Shown here: one piece after another, positions 9,219-18,720 of the stretch | How positions within the stretch are numbered: the stretch's first letter is position 1 | How the letters are laid out: every line of letters begins with the position of its first letter | Origin: Candidatus Woesearchaeota archaeon | GTDB taxonomy: Archaea > Nanobdellota > Nanobdellia > Pacearchaeales > GW2011-AR1 | Direction of reading: 5' to 3' | Assembly (NCBI GenBank): GCA_964530955.1 | Contig: CAZHCL010000001.1 | Coordinates: 32,001-96,000, forward strand | DNA length: 64,000 nt | The notes under the pieces: generated by a model | The model's input: only the letters and a program-made list of their open reading frames with translations | Databases searched by the model: none | Told to the model about the DNA's origin: nothing | Made by a program: the position numbers and the translations under genes

Positions 9219-9647
9219 TTAAGCTGCTGCCGGCTCTGCGGGCTTGGCTTCTTTTTTCTTCTTTTCCTTAGGCTTGTTTTGCTCAGGGAAAACCTCTGTG
9301 AGTGATTTTGAACCTGATTTTACAATAGAAAGGTTAATCTGAGAAGTTGCTTGGGAAAGAACTTTTCCTCTCACTGTCTTTCTAAGTCTAATTCCTTCAC
9401 GTGCATCGTGCATTCCCCAGCCTTTTGTTAATAGTAGTCCTTTAAGTCCAAGACCTTCAACATCGTTTGAATGTGGAAAACCAGCAGAATCGCTAGCTCC
9501 AGTTATTTCAAGCTCATAACCTTCAAGTTCAGGCTTTATATCTTTTCCAGATATCTTATCACCTATGCTCTTTCCCATAAGTGATTCTGACTCTGTTTCA
9601 ACTTTCCAGGCTTTTCCTTTCTCTGATATGTTCAATTTGAATGGCAT
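9219..9647 (-). CDS. rps6e: 30S ribosomal protein S6e
   Basis: LEITGASDSAGFP, RLRKTVRG; directly upstream of eif2g. Confidence 0.95.
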   Translation of the reverse strand: MPFKLNISEKGKAWKVETESESLMGKSIGDKISGKDIKPELEGYELEITGASDSAGFPHSNDVEGLGLKGLLLTKGWGMHDAREGIRLRKTVRGKVLSQATSQINLSIVKSGSKSLTEVFPEQNKPKEKKKKEAKPAEPAAA

Positions 9648-9752
9648 ATCTTTTCTTAAGAAATTGGCTTTTTAAACGTATCTTTGATTAAAATTTATCT
9701 GTAATAATTAAGGTTTACAAAGATTTATAAGCCAGAATTAAAGGCTTATTTT

Positions 9753-10070
9753 ATGAAAGATAGTTCAGATAGTAGAATAGAAGAAATGATTAGAGTAACG
9801 AAAAGACTTTTTTATGAACAGATGGGTGTAGAATGGATGCAAGAACAAGTTACACATAAGGGCCTTAGTCGTATTATTGACATGGGATATATTGCGATAA
9901 TATTAGGGACACCTTTCGCGGCGTATCATGATATAAGACAGATACATCCTTCGCATTCAAGTCATTCTCAAGTTATCAGAACTGCCGAAATAAGAAAAGA
10001 AAGCAGCAAAACAGCAGAGGTATATCATTTGCCAAACAAGGCAGATTATGCGATAAATGAAAAGCGTTAA
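9753..10070 (+). CDS. Hypothetical protein (orphan)
   Basis: 105-aa ORF with TATA at 9724-9731; no recognised motif. Confidence 0.6.
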   Translation: MKDSSDSRIEEMIRVTKRLFYEQMGVEWMQEQVTHKGLSRIIDMGYIAIILGTPFAAYHDIRQIHPSHSSHSQVIRTAEIRKESSKTAEVYHLPNKADYAINEKR

Positions 10071-11791
10071 TCGCTAAACTTCTTTATCAAAGAGATTTCA
10101 TGTAGTACCTTAAGTTCTGAAGCTGAAAGAAGCTCCTTGTTATCCTTAAATTTCTTAAATTGCTTTTCTGAAATGTCTGCATAGAGATATTTAATATCCT
10201 TAAGTCTTCTATCAAACATTATTCCTGGAATTGCAAGTGCAAGCTCCTGACCTTCCTTAGCTTCTTCTACTCCGCTTTTATCAACCTGCAGCGACTTAAT
10301 TCTCCCTACATGCTCTCCCCTATCATCTATCAAAGGAAGATTGACTTTCGCTCTCCCGCCTGCAATTTTTACTCCAAATATTGCTGGATTAGAATTTCTG
10401 AAGACATAATTATGTAATATTTCTATCTTACATACTGTGGCAAGATCCATCATCTTTTCTTTTTCTATTTCTGCCTGTTTATTCTTTCTCCAGAGCTGCA
10501 AATCTTCTATTAACTTGTATATTACATCGTTAGTAATTACTTTTATATTTCCTTTTTCGACTCCTTCCTCTAACTCAACATTGAAACCGATAACTACTGA
10601 GTCAAGAGGAGAGTTCTCTGAATTTGCCTTTGCTGAAGTCATATCTGATTTTCCTATGGGCCCTATTCCTGCCTTGATAATTTGAATATTTTCTTGCTTA
10701 AGCAAAGTTATGAGTGCTTCGAGACTTCCCAGAGATTCTGCCTTGATTATTATTCCTTGCTTGTCTAGTTGTAAAGCTGTTGAGATTTCTTTCTTGAACT
10801 GAAGTTTTGCTTTTTCTAAATCCATCTTGCTTTTTACCTGCTGGAAAGGCATTCCTGGGAGAACTCCTTCATTATTTGTTAATTGCATTCTAACTCCTGT
10901 TGCTGCAAGTGCGTACTTAACACTTGCAAACTTGCTCTGCAGAGGTAGGATTTCCTGAATTGCTCTTACTTTAGCCATAATAGGCTCAGAAAGGCTCGCA
11001 ATGACCAACTCATCACCTTCATCAAGTCTTCCTTCATAAAGTATTGCCTCACCATAGTGCATTGATTTATCTTTTTTGACTTCAAGAATTACTCCTTTAG
11101 CCTCTTCAGACACTTTCAATCTTTCTTTAAGAAATTTCTGACAGAGACCACAGAGAACAAATAATAGTTCCGATATTCCTTGTTTTGTTCTAGCTGAACA
11201 TGGAACAAGAGCAATCTTCTTTGTAAAATCAGTGACCTCAAAAAATAAGTCTGAATCAAATCCGTGCTCTCTTAAAGAACCCTGAAAAGTTAGAAGAGAT
11301 TCCTGAAATTCATCGTTAACATTTTGTGCTTGTCCTTGCACTGACTCTTTTACTGAGCCAAGGTCTTTCCAACCTGAAATAGTGTCTATTTTATTAAGCG
11401 CAATTAAAAAAGGAGTTTTGTTAGCTTTTAATATCTGCAAAACTTCTGCTGTTTGAGGCTTTATTCCTTCCTTTATACTGACTACAAGAATTGCAAGGTC
11501 GGCAAGAGCGCCTCCCCTCTTTCTTAGATTGGTAAATGCTGCATGACCTGGAGTGTCAATAAATAGAAATCCTGGAATCTCAAGAGATATATTATTCTTT
11601 TCAATAAGAGGACATGTTTCCTTAATCATCTCATAGGTATATTTTGTAAATGATATCTTTTGCGTTATGCCTCCCGCTTCTCCCTGCTGAAGGGAAGTGC
11701 CTCTAAAACAGTCCAAGATGCTTGTTTTGCCGTGGTCTACATGCCCGCATACGGTTACGATTGGACTGCGGAGTTGGTTCTTTTCAATCAT
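10067..11791 (-). CDS. infB: Translation initiation factor aIF5B (IF-2)
   Basis: LRSPIVTVCGHVDHGKTS, GGITQ, DTPGHAAFTNLRKRGG, NKID. Confidence 0.97.
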   Translation of the reverse strand: MIEKNQLRSPIVTVCGHVDHGKTSILDCFRGTSLQQGEAGGITQKISFTKYTYEMIKETCPLIEKNNISLEIPGFLFIDTPGHAAFTNLRKRGGALADLAILVVSIKEGIKPQTAEVLQILKANKTPFLIALNKIDTISGWKDLGSVKESVQGQAQNVNDEFQESLLTFQGSLREHGFDSDLFFEVTDFTKKIALVPCSARTKQGISELLFVLCGLCQKFLKERLKVSEEAKGVILEVKKDKSMHYGEAILYEGRLDEGDELVIASLSEPIMAKVRAIQEILPLQSKFASVKYALAATGVRMQLTNNEGVLPGMPFQQVKSKMDLEKAKLQFKKEISTALQLDKQGIIIKAESLGSLEALITLLKQENIQIIKAGIGPIGKSDMTSAKANSENSPLDSVVIGFNVELEEGVEKGNIKVITNDVIYKLIEDLQLWRKNKQAEIEKEKMMDLATVCKIEILHNYVFRNSNPAIFGVKIAGGRAKVNLPLIDDRGEHVGRIKSLQVDKSGVEEAKEGQELALAIPGIMFDRRLKDIKYLYADISEKQFKKFKDNKELLSASELKVLHEISLIKKFSD

Positions 11792-11936
11792 AGCTATGAC
11801 AGAAAAGGCGTGTTTAAAAAGATTTATAAATGAAAAATGCCTTTACTTGTTATACTTCTGATGAATACTGGTTAGAAAATAGACTCAAGACAAAGGTTAA
11901 AAAGCTTATTTTGACTCTTCTGATTAAGAGGAAAAA

Positions 11937-13727
11937 TTGACTAATCCACGTAAAAGTAAAAAGGTAGAAATTAGACCTACAATACGGTTGTATTGGAGTT
12001 TCCTAAAACCGTATAAATGGCTTTTTTTAGTTTTGGTTGTGGCCATTTTAATCTGGCAAAGTCTCTTTATTGTTGACAGATACTTATTCAAAATTTTAAT
12101 CGACCAAGGTTCTCTCTTTGCAAGCAAGAGCATAAGCTCTCAGGTCTTTTTATTGTATATTAAAGTTTTGGCAATTTCTTTTATAACTGTTGTTTTAGCC
12201 CGTATAGGATTGAGATATGGAATAAGAAAGCAAATAAGGAATCTAGAAGGAAATATTTCATTTGACTTTAAAAAAAGGTTCTTTAACCACATTATATCTC
12301 TTTCAAATAGTTTTCACTCTAAAAATAAACCTGGATCTTTGATTGTGAGAATGAGCAGGGGCGAAGATTCAATTGAAGATATAACTGACTTCTTCTTGCA
12401 GCTGGCTTTTCCCTTTATTATACAAATAGTTATTGTGAGCTTATCAATCTTCTATTTTGACAAGATTTCTGCGATAGTTGTTATTGGAGTTACAATTGTT
12501 TTTACAATATATGGTCTTTTCATACAGAATCTACAAAGAAAAGCCACTCTTTCATTAAATAATACGATAGATAAGGAAAAGGATTTCATTGCAGGTTCAA
12601 TAACCAATATAGACTCAATCAAGTATTTCGGCAAAGATAACTTTATTAAAGAAAATTATTTTGGGTATGGAAACTCTTCACTTAGAGCATTGCTAAAACA
12701 TAGAAAGTATTATGAGTTTATGACGATAGGTAACATGATTCTCATGGCTATTGGTGTGCTTTTAGTAATATATTTTCCACTTAGACAGTTTTTGGTTGGC
12801 GCTATATCTATAGGTACTGTGGCTTTTATTTATACTTCATATCTAAGCTTTTATGGAACCGTTGGAGACTTCGTCAGAAATTTGAGGCAGTTTTATAAAT
12901 TTACAGCTGATTTTCATTCTATAATAGATTATTTCAAAGTCAAGAATGAGATAAAAGATAGCCCAAACAGTAGAACAATGGAAGTTATTAAAGGAGAAAT
13001 TAATTTCAAAGATATATCTTTTAGTTATAATAAAAGAAAAATAATAAAAAACCTTAACTTAGAAATAAAACCTGGTGAGAAATTGGCTTTGGTTGGACAT
13101 TCAGGTTCAGGTAAAACTACCTTGGTTAAACTGCTATATCGGCTTTATGATGTGGATAAAGGAGAAATATTGATTGATAACAATAATATTACCGAATACA
13201 AGCAGGAATCATTACGTTCAGAGTTAAGTATTGTTCCTCAGGAATGTGTCCTGTTCAATGATTCTATTTATAACAATGTCAAATTCTCCAATCCTAAAGC
13301 AAGTAGAGAGCAAGTATTAAAAGCGATAAAATTTGCGCAACTTGATAAATTCATTGAAAATCTTCCAAAAAAAGAAAACACGATAGTAGGAGAAAGAGGA
13401 ATCAAACTCTCTGGAGGTGAAAAACAGAGAGTTTCGATTGCTAGGGCTCTCTTGGCAGATAAAAAAATAATTGTTTTGGATGAAGCTACCTCTTCTTTGG
13501 ATTCCCAGACAGAACACGAAATTCAAAATGATTTAGAGAACCTTCTCAAAGGTAGAACATCAATTATAATAGCACACCGATTGTCAACAATCATGAAAGC
13601 AGATAAGATAGTCGTTCTGAATAAAGGAAAGATTGTACAGGCTGGAACTCACAGGAGTCTGATTAATGAACCTGGATTGTATAGAAAACTCTGGAATTTA
13701 CAAAAAGGCGGATATATTGGTGAGTAA
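11937..13727 (+). CDS. ABC exporter, fused TMD plus ATPase (MsbA/Atm1-like half transporter)
   Basis: N-terminal TM domain; GHSGSGKTT, LSGGEKQR, LDEATSSLD, IAHRLST; TTG start. Confidence 0.95.
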   Translation: MTNPRKSKKVEIRPTIRLYWSFLKPYKWLFLVLVVAILIWQSLFIVDRYLFKILIDQGSLFASKSISSQVFLLYIKVLAISFITVVLARIGLRYGIRKQIRNLEGNISFDFKKRFFNHIISLSNSFHSKNKPGSLIVRMSRGEDSIEDITDFFLQLAFPFIIQIVIVSLSIFYFDKISAIVVIGVTIVFTIYGLFIQNLQRKATLSLNNTIDKEKDFIAGSITNIDSIKYFGKDNFIKENYFGYGNSSLRALLKHRKYYEFMTIGNMILMAIGVLLVIYFPLRQFLVGAISIGTVAFIYTSYLSFYGTVGDFVRNLRQFYKFTADFHSIIDYFKVKNEIKDSPNSRTMEVIKGEINFKDISFSYNKRKIIKNLNLEIKPGEKLALVGHSGSGKTTLVKLLYRLYDVDKGEILIDNNNITEYKQESLRSELSIVPQECVLFNDSIYNNVKFSNPKASREQVLKAIKFAQLDKFIENLPKKENTIVGERGIKLSGGEKQRVSIARALLADKKIIVLDEATSSLDSQTEHEIQNDLENLLKGRTSIIIAHRLSTIMKADKIVVLNKGKIVQAGTHRSLINEPGLYRKLWNLQKGGYIGE

Positions 13728-13747
13728 ATTTTTAAGGTCAAATTATT

Positions 13748-14008
13748 TTAATAAACATCATCATGGTGTGCGTAATCAAGAAGACGGACAAGGTTTTCAT
13801 TTTCAAGAAATTCATAAGTAAGAACAAAATTTCGAATATGAACTCTTCTTTGCCCAACCATATTTGCTGTGAGCGGCTTTCCAATCCATGGATTTTCAAT
13901 AATTTCTTTTATTTTTCTACTTAATATCTCAAATTGCAATTTATCTCTTTTAGAAATTTTGTTAAATATCCTGTCTAGATTTTCAGAAACTTCCAGTTTA
14001 TAAGTCAA
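13748..14008 (-). CDS. RelE/ParE-family toxin
   Basis: 86 aa; ENPWIGKPL...RRVHIRNFVLTY...HHDDVY pattern. Confidence 0.85.
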   Translation of the reverse strand: MTYKLEVSENLDRIFNKISKRDKLQFEILSRKIKEIIENPWIGKPLTANMVGQRRVHIRNFVLTYEFLENENLVRLLDYAHHDDVY

Positions 14009-14010
14009 TT

Positions 14011-14238
14011 TTATTGGTACCTTTTCTCAAAATCTTTATATGCACCTATCTTAATAAATTCAGCTTTTCTAATTGCATCAAGCTTCTTCAGATATTCTTC
14101 TCTGACTTTAGGCTCAGTCTCAACTTGAGCTTTGATAAAAGTATTAATTTGGTTGCTCATGCTAATTCCATTTTCCTTGCAAAACTGAGAATACTTTTCA
14201 TAGATGCTCTCTTCTACATTAAATGTTTTCAATACCAT
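14011..14238 (-). CDS. Ribbon-helix-helix antitoxin candidate
   Basis: KTFNV strand followed by two helices; 2 nt upstream of the toxin gene. Confidence 0.75.
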   Translation of the reverse strand: MVLKTFNVEESIYEKYSQFCKENGISMSNQINTFIKAQVETEPKVREEYLKKLDAIRKAEFIKIGAYKDFEKRYQ

Positions 14239-14305
14239 ATTAAATAAAGTTATTTAATCCTATTTAAGCCTTTTGCTGGTCGATTAAAGTGCCAAAAGTG
14301 TGGAA

Positions 14306-14389
14306 TGCGGGGAGAAGGGTTCGAACCTTCGTAGGCACTAAGCCAATGCGTCTTGAGCGCATCCCGTTTGACCACTCCGGCATCCCCGC
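14306..14389 (-). tRNA. tRNA-Leu(CAA), intronless, CCA not encoded
   Basis: GCGGGGA/TCCCCGC-type acceptor, anticodon arm ATGCG-CTCAAGA-CGCAT, long variable arm, GGTTCGAACCC T-arm; 84 nt. Confidence 0.97.
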
Positions 14390-14404
14390 TTAAAATAGTG
14401 ATAC

Positions 14405-14426
14405 AAGAAGATGTTTTAAATTTTAG
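14405..14426 (-). promoter_or_regulatory. tRNA-Leu promoter (BRE/TATA), identical over 22 nt to the valS promoter
   Basis: Minus strand reads CTAAAATTTAAAACATCTTCTT; TATA ends 23 nt before the tRNA. Confidence 0.75.
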
Positions 14427-14482
14427 TATTTACAAAAATAGGAGATATTAACATTTTTATACCTCCTGCCTCTATAAAAAAT

Positions 14483-16297
14483 ATGAAAAGTAAAGAAAAA
14501 TTTTACATTACGACTGCAATAGATTATGTAAACTCCAGACCGCATTGTGGGCATGCATTTGAGAAAACCTTAGCTGATACTCTGGCTCGTTATAAAAGGC
14601 TGCATGGATATAAAGTATTCTTCCTTACTGGTGTAGATGAAAACGCTCAAAAGAACGTTCAGGCCGCCGAAAAGGCAGGCGTTCCAGTCAAAGAGTTTAT
14701 TGATAAAAATACCTCTTTTTTCATAGAATTATGCAAGAAGCTCAATTTGAGCCATGATGATTTTGTTAGAACAACTGCTAAAGAGCACGCAGTTGTAGTC
14801 CAAAAGCTGGTAAAAAAGATGATAGATAAAGGAGATATTTACAAGGGAACTTACGAAGGACTTTACTGTGTTGGCTGTGAAGCATATTATACTGAAAAAG
14901 ACCTGATTGACGGCAAATGCCCAGAACATAATACCAAACCAGAACTCAGAAAAGAAGATGCTTACTTCTTCAAATTGAGCAAATATAAATCTAAGCTCTT
15001 AAAACTAATTCCAAAATATGTAGTGCCTAAATCCAAAGCCAACGAAGTTATCGCTAGGATAAAAGAAGAGTTAAGTGACATCTGCGTAAGTAGGAAAGGC
15101 GCAAAATGGGGAATAGATTTCCCTAACGACTCTAATTTTAAAGTTTGGGTCTGGATTGACGCTCTCATAAATTATATTTCGGGTCTTAAAGGGAAGGAGA
15201 AAGAATATTGGCCTGCAGACGTTCATGTAATCGGAAAAGGTATAAATTGGTTTCATTCTGTTATTTGGCCAGCATTGCTAATATCTGCAGAATACGAATT
15301 GCCTAAGACTCTTTTGGTTCATGGCTATCTTACTATAGGAGATAAAAAAATGTCAAAGTCATTAGGAAATATAATAGATCCTTTGGTCTTGCTCGAAAAA
15401 TACTCTGCGGATAGCATGAGATATTCTCTGTTAAAATGCTCTGTTTTTGAAGATTCTGATTATTCTGAAGATATACTTGTCAGAAGGAATAATGATGAGC
15501 TTGCAAATAAATTAGGCAACCTCATAAGCAGAGTTTCGACTTTAGCTGAAAAATATGGTTTGGAAAAGACAAAGCCTCTTGACAGTTCAAAAACGGTCAA
15601 GTCTGTGGAGAAACATATGGATAATTATGAATTTGATAAAGCATTAAACGAAATATTTTCATTTGTTGATAAGAGTAATGAATACGCACAGACAAAAAAG
15701 CCCTGGGAAAATGGAGATAAGAAAGTAATTTACGAGCTGGCAAGTGCAATAAAGGATATTGCAATATTACTCAGCCCATTCATGCCTGAATCTGCTGAGA
15801 AGATAGCTAGAACATTCAAATTTGAAATCTCCCTAGAGGCATTAAAGTCTCCTCTTAAAATAAATAAAATAGTCAAGGCAGATATTTTGTTCAATAAAAT
15901 AGAAGGCAAGGAAAAAGAATCTGAAAATCAAAAAGTTAATAAATCTCCTAAGATTGAGGGAATTATGTCAACAATAGAATTTCCTGATTGGGAGAAAATA
16001 GATCTTAGAGTTGGGAAGATAGAGAAAGCTGAAGATATAGAAGGAGCCGACAAACTCTACAAGCTAACTATTAATCTTGGTTCAGAAAAAAGAACTATCT
16101 GCGCGGGAATAAAGAAATTTTATTCAAAGGATGAGTTGAAAAATAGGAAATGTGTTATTTTTGTTAACCTAGCTCCTAGAAAAATGAAGGGAGTTGAGTC
16201 TCAGGGAATGCTTCTGGCTGCTGTTTCAGATGACCAGTCACAGGTAGTTCTTTTGCAGCCTGAAAAAGAGATAAAAGAAGGCAGTAAAATAAGATAA
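14483..16297 (+). CDS. metG: Methionine--tRNA ligase with C-terminal Trbp111-like OB domain
   Basis: ITTAIDYVNSRPHCGH, FLTGVDE, CVGCEAYY...CPEH knuckle, KMSKS, DLRVGKI...SQGMLL. Confidence 0.97.
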   Translation: MKSKEKFYITTAIDYVNSRPHCGHAFEKTLADTLARYKRLHGYKVFFLTGVDENAQKNVQAAEKAGVPVKEFIDKNTSFFIELCKKLNLSHDDFVRTTAKEHAVVVQKLVKKMIDKGDIYKGTYEGLYCVGCEAYYTEKDLIDGKCPEHNTKPELRKEDAYFFKLSKYKSKLLKLIPKYVVPKSKANEVIARIKEELSDICVSRKGAKWGIDFPNDSNFKVWVWIDALINYISGLKGKEKEYWPADVHVIGKGINWFHSVIWPALLISAEYELPKTLLVHGYLTIGDKKMSKSLGNIIDPLVLLEKYSADSMRYSLLKCSVFEDSDYSEDILVRRNNDELANKLGNLISRVSTLAEKYGLEKTKPLDSSKTVKSVEKHMDNYEFDKALNEIFSFVDKSNEYAQTKKPWENGDKKVIYELASAIKDIAILLSPFMPESAEKIARTFKFEISLEALKSPLKINKIVKADILFNKIEGKEKESENQKVNKSPKIEGIMSTIEFPDWEKIDLRVGKIEKAEDIEGADKLYKLTINLGSEKRTICAGIKKFYSKDELKNRKCVIFVNLAPRKMKGVESQGMLLAAVSDDQSQVVLLQPEKEIKEGSKIR

Positions 16298-16321
16298 ATC
16301 TAAAGAATATAAAAGATAAAA

Positions 16322-17077
16322 TTATCTTCCCAGAAGAACATCCATGAAGGTAACTTTTTCCTTGTAGGAGCCATTGCCAATTATTCTAGCGGCTATTTCT
16401 CTATATGCTCTTGAAGCTTTGCTCTTTGGATGAGTATGAATTAATGCATTTTTCATAAGAAGAGCTTTTTGCATGTTTTTATCATCAGGCACAACACCAA
16501 GAATAGGCAGTTCAAGCATATCTCTTATATTTCTTATCGGCATTTCAGTTTTGAGACCGCGGTACTTGTTGACTATCACTCCTTTTACTCTCTTTCCCAT
16601 TTGTTCTATCACTTTGCTTGTTTTCAAAGCATCCGTGACTGCAGGTATCTCTGGGTTTGTTACAATAATAAGTTCGTCAGCAGATTCAATCGCAGCAATT
16701 GCTTCTTCCCCCAGACCTGCAGCAGAGTCGTAAAGAATGTAGTCAGCCATCTTTCTTAACTTTTTACCTACTTCTTTGAGTCGACCATGATTAAGTCTTC
16801 TAAGTTCTCTTACTGATAATGAACTTGGAATTATTTTTGTGCCTGATTCGTGCTCGTAAATTGCATCAGCAATCTTAGCTTTTCCCAAAAGAACATGATT
16901 CAAGCTGACTGGAACAATGGGCGCGCCTAGATGAAGCCCAACGTTAGGAGTTGTCAAATTGGCATCAAGAATAATAACTTCTTTACCGAAAGAATTTAAG
17001 GCTGCTCCTAAATTAATAGTGGTTGTCGTCTTGCCTACTCCCCCTTTTCCCGATGTAATCGTGATTAACTTAGCCAT
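16322..17077 (-). CDS. minD: MinD/ParA-family ATPase (archaeal MinD type)
   Basis: SGKGGVGKTT deviant Walker A, DSAAGLG, VTNPEIPAVTDA. Confidence 0.92.
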   Translation of the reverse strand: MAKLITITSGKGGVGKTTTTINLGAALNSFGKEVIILDANLTTPNVGLHLGAPIVPVSLNHVLLGKAKIADAIYEHESGTKIIPSSLSVRELRRLNHGRLKEVGKKLRKMADYILYDSAAGLGEEAIAAIESADELIIVTNPEIPAVTDALKTSKVIEQMGKRVKGVIVNKYRGLKTEMPIRNIRDMLELPILGVVPDDKNMQKALLMKNALIHTHPKSKASRAYREIAARIIGNGSYKEKVTFMDVLLGR

Positions 17078-17117
17078 ATTTTCCCAGGTGAATAAAATAA
17101 CACCTGAATAAAGAGAA

Positions 17118-17543
17118 CTATTTCAAAGCACTTATAAACCTTTCTAAGATAACTGAATACTCTTTCAACTTATCAAGATTTATATTAATAACCTGAGCCT
17201 TATAATTTACTCTGAGATTTACTCCTTTTCTAAATTCATTCTCTCTTACTTTTTCCAGAGTTTCTATATCTCTGAATAAATCATACAGATTTAAAGTATC
17301 AAGAATATCTTTATTATTTGAATAAATCTGCTTTAGTTGCACAAGTTTTGCTCTTGGAGCGTTTGGAACTGGTTTCCACTTCTTACTCTTCTTCGAGTCT
17401 TCAACTAACTTATCCATTCCCATCTCTATCATTATCTTCCACCTTAGCAAAAGGTTTATGATTACGTCACACGTCTTTGTATACTTCAGGCTGACGTACA
17501 GCAGATGGTCGGCACTGATTTTTTCCTTTATTATCGATTCCAT
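17118..17543 (-). CDS. Hypothetical helical protein, probable paralog of 17659-18141
   Basis: 141 aa; ADHLLYVSLKY...EFRK pattern. Confidence 0.75.
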   Translation of the reverse strand: MESIIKEKISADHLLYVSLKYTKTCDVIINLLLRWKIMIEMGMDKLVEDSKKSKKWKPVPNAPRAKLVQLKQIYSNNKDILDTLNLYDLFRDIETLEKVRENEFRKGVNLRVNYKAQVININLDKLKEYSVILERFISALK

Positions 17544-17658
17544 TTAAGACAAATACCTAGCTTGAAAAGTAATAATCTGGAATAATTTCTCCTATTTATA
17601 TCTTTCTGATTAGAAAAATAATATATATTTTACATTAGTATAATAAGTTCGCTTTAAT

Positions 17659-18141
17659 TTAATAATGCTGGGATATTTTATTACGAAAATCAAAAAGCAA
17701 CTTCTTTAATAGAATTATGAACTCATTCATCTGTTCAGTTGTAAGCTCGTTCATTTCTAAATTATCATCTAGGATTATAGCTTTTCTTTTGTGTGAAAAT
17801 TCAAAGCCCGACTGTTTATGTTTTTTTCCAAGAAAAATAATTTTCTTTAAGTTATCCTGCTCAGACTTAGTCAGATTATATATTGCTGCACACTTTTCAA
17901 AAAAGATTTCAAAATTTTTATCTTTTTCTTTAGAAAGTTCTATTCTTTTAGAAATATACTCATACTTCAGTATTGCAGAAATTAAGGAAACTGCCTCTTT
18001 ATGCAATAACTCTAAAACCTTTATTAAAATTCTAGAATCTCCCGTATTAGGAAGTATTGAATTTGTAATATTTTGAGCGTCGCCGAGATTTTTTTCTGCG
18101 CTTATTATTGAATCAGCAAATTTTTTTTCAAATGGAACCAT
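17659..18141 (-). CDS. Hypothetical helical protein, probable paralog of 17118-17543
   Basis: 160 aa; similar helical layout with HKQSGFEF. Confidence 0.75.
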   Translation of the reverse strand: MVPFEKKFADSIISAEKNLGDAQNITNSILPNTGDSRILIKVLELLHKEAVSLISAILKYEYISKRIELSKEKDKNFEIFFEKCAAIYNLTKSEQDNLKKIIFLGKKHKQSGFEFSHKRKAIILDDNLEMNELTTEQMNEFIILLKKLLFDFRNKISQHY

Positions 18142-18146
18142 TTTTA

Positions 18147-18482
18147 TTAAGACAAACTCACGATAGCTTCAGCGATATCACCATTTGCTTTTTCTAAAGC
18201 AGACTTAGATTCTTCTTCTGATTTGCCTGTTTTTTCCATAACCAGATTAATATCTTCTTGCTTTATTCCTTCTTCTTTTGATTCTTCTCTTATTTCTCCA
18301 GCTATCTGAAAAGTGGTTTGGCCTTGCATAATTATCTTCTGAACGCTTGCAGGCTCTATTACGATATTTTTTTCAGAACCTTCGATTACCACTCTAAGTG
18401 CATCTACTTCCTCATTTTTTATACCCATTTGCTTCATCATAGCCTGCATTTTTTTTGGGTCTAATCCGCCGAACATGTTCAT
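18147..18482 (-). CDS. nac: Nascent polypeptide-associated complex protein
   Basis: DPKKMQAMMKQMGI, TFQIAG, UBA-like GDIAEAI. Confidence 0.94.
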   Translation of the reverse strand: MNMFGGLDPKKMQAMMKQMGIKNEEVDALRVVIEGSEKNIVIEPASVQKIIMQGQTTFQIAGEIREESKEEGIKQEDINLVMEKTGKSEEESKSALEKANGDIAEAIVSLS

Positions 18483-18525
18483 TGGAAAAATAAAGACTAT
18501 AAATAGATTTCGAATTTGTCAAAAA

Positions 18526-18690
18526 TTAGCCAGTGATTGGCCAGAATACCTTCAATCCTATTACTAGCAGGATCAAAACAACTATAAAAGCCACTACGTG
18601 AGCTGGCTTAAGCATTACCTTACTATCATACTCTTCATCGTATCTCATCAAGCCGCCAAAACCTGGCAAGCTTATTTTGTCATCAGCCAT
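18526..18690 (-). CDS. secG: Preprotein translocase Sec61beta/SecG subunit (54 aa, below ORF-track cutoff)
   Basis: MADDKISLPGFGGLMRYDEEYDSKVMLKPAHVVAFIVVLILLVIGLKVFWPITG; GLMRY-x-EE, K-x-P then one TM helix. Confidence 0.9.
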   Translation of the reverse strand: MADDKISLPGFGGLMRYDEEYDSKVMLKPAHVVAFIVVLILLVIGLKVFWPITG

Positions 18691-18720
18691 ACTCTAAAAG
18701 AACAAAAATAGTATAAAAAC

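Noticed and set aside
11792-14389. Integrated element with att sites at tRNA-Leu
   Set aside because: No duplicate of the tRNA 3' end near infB and no integrase gene
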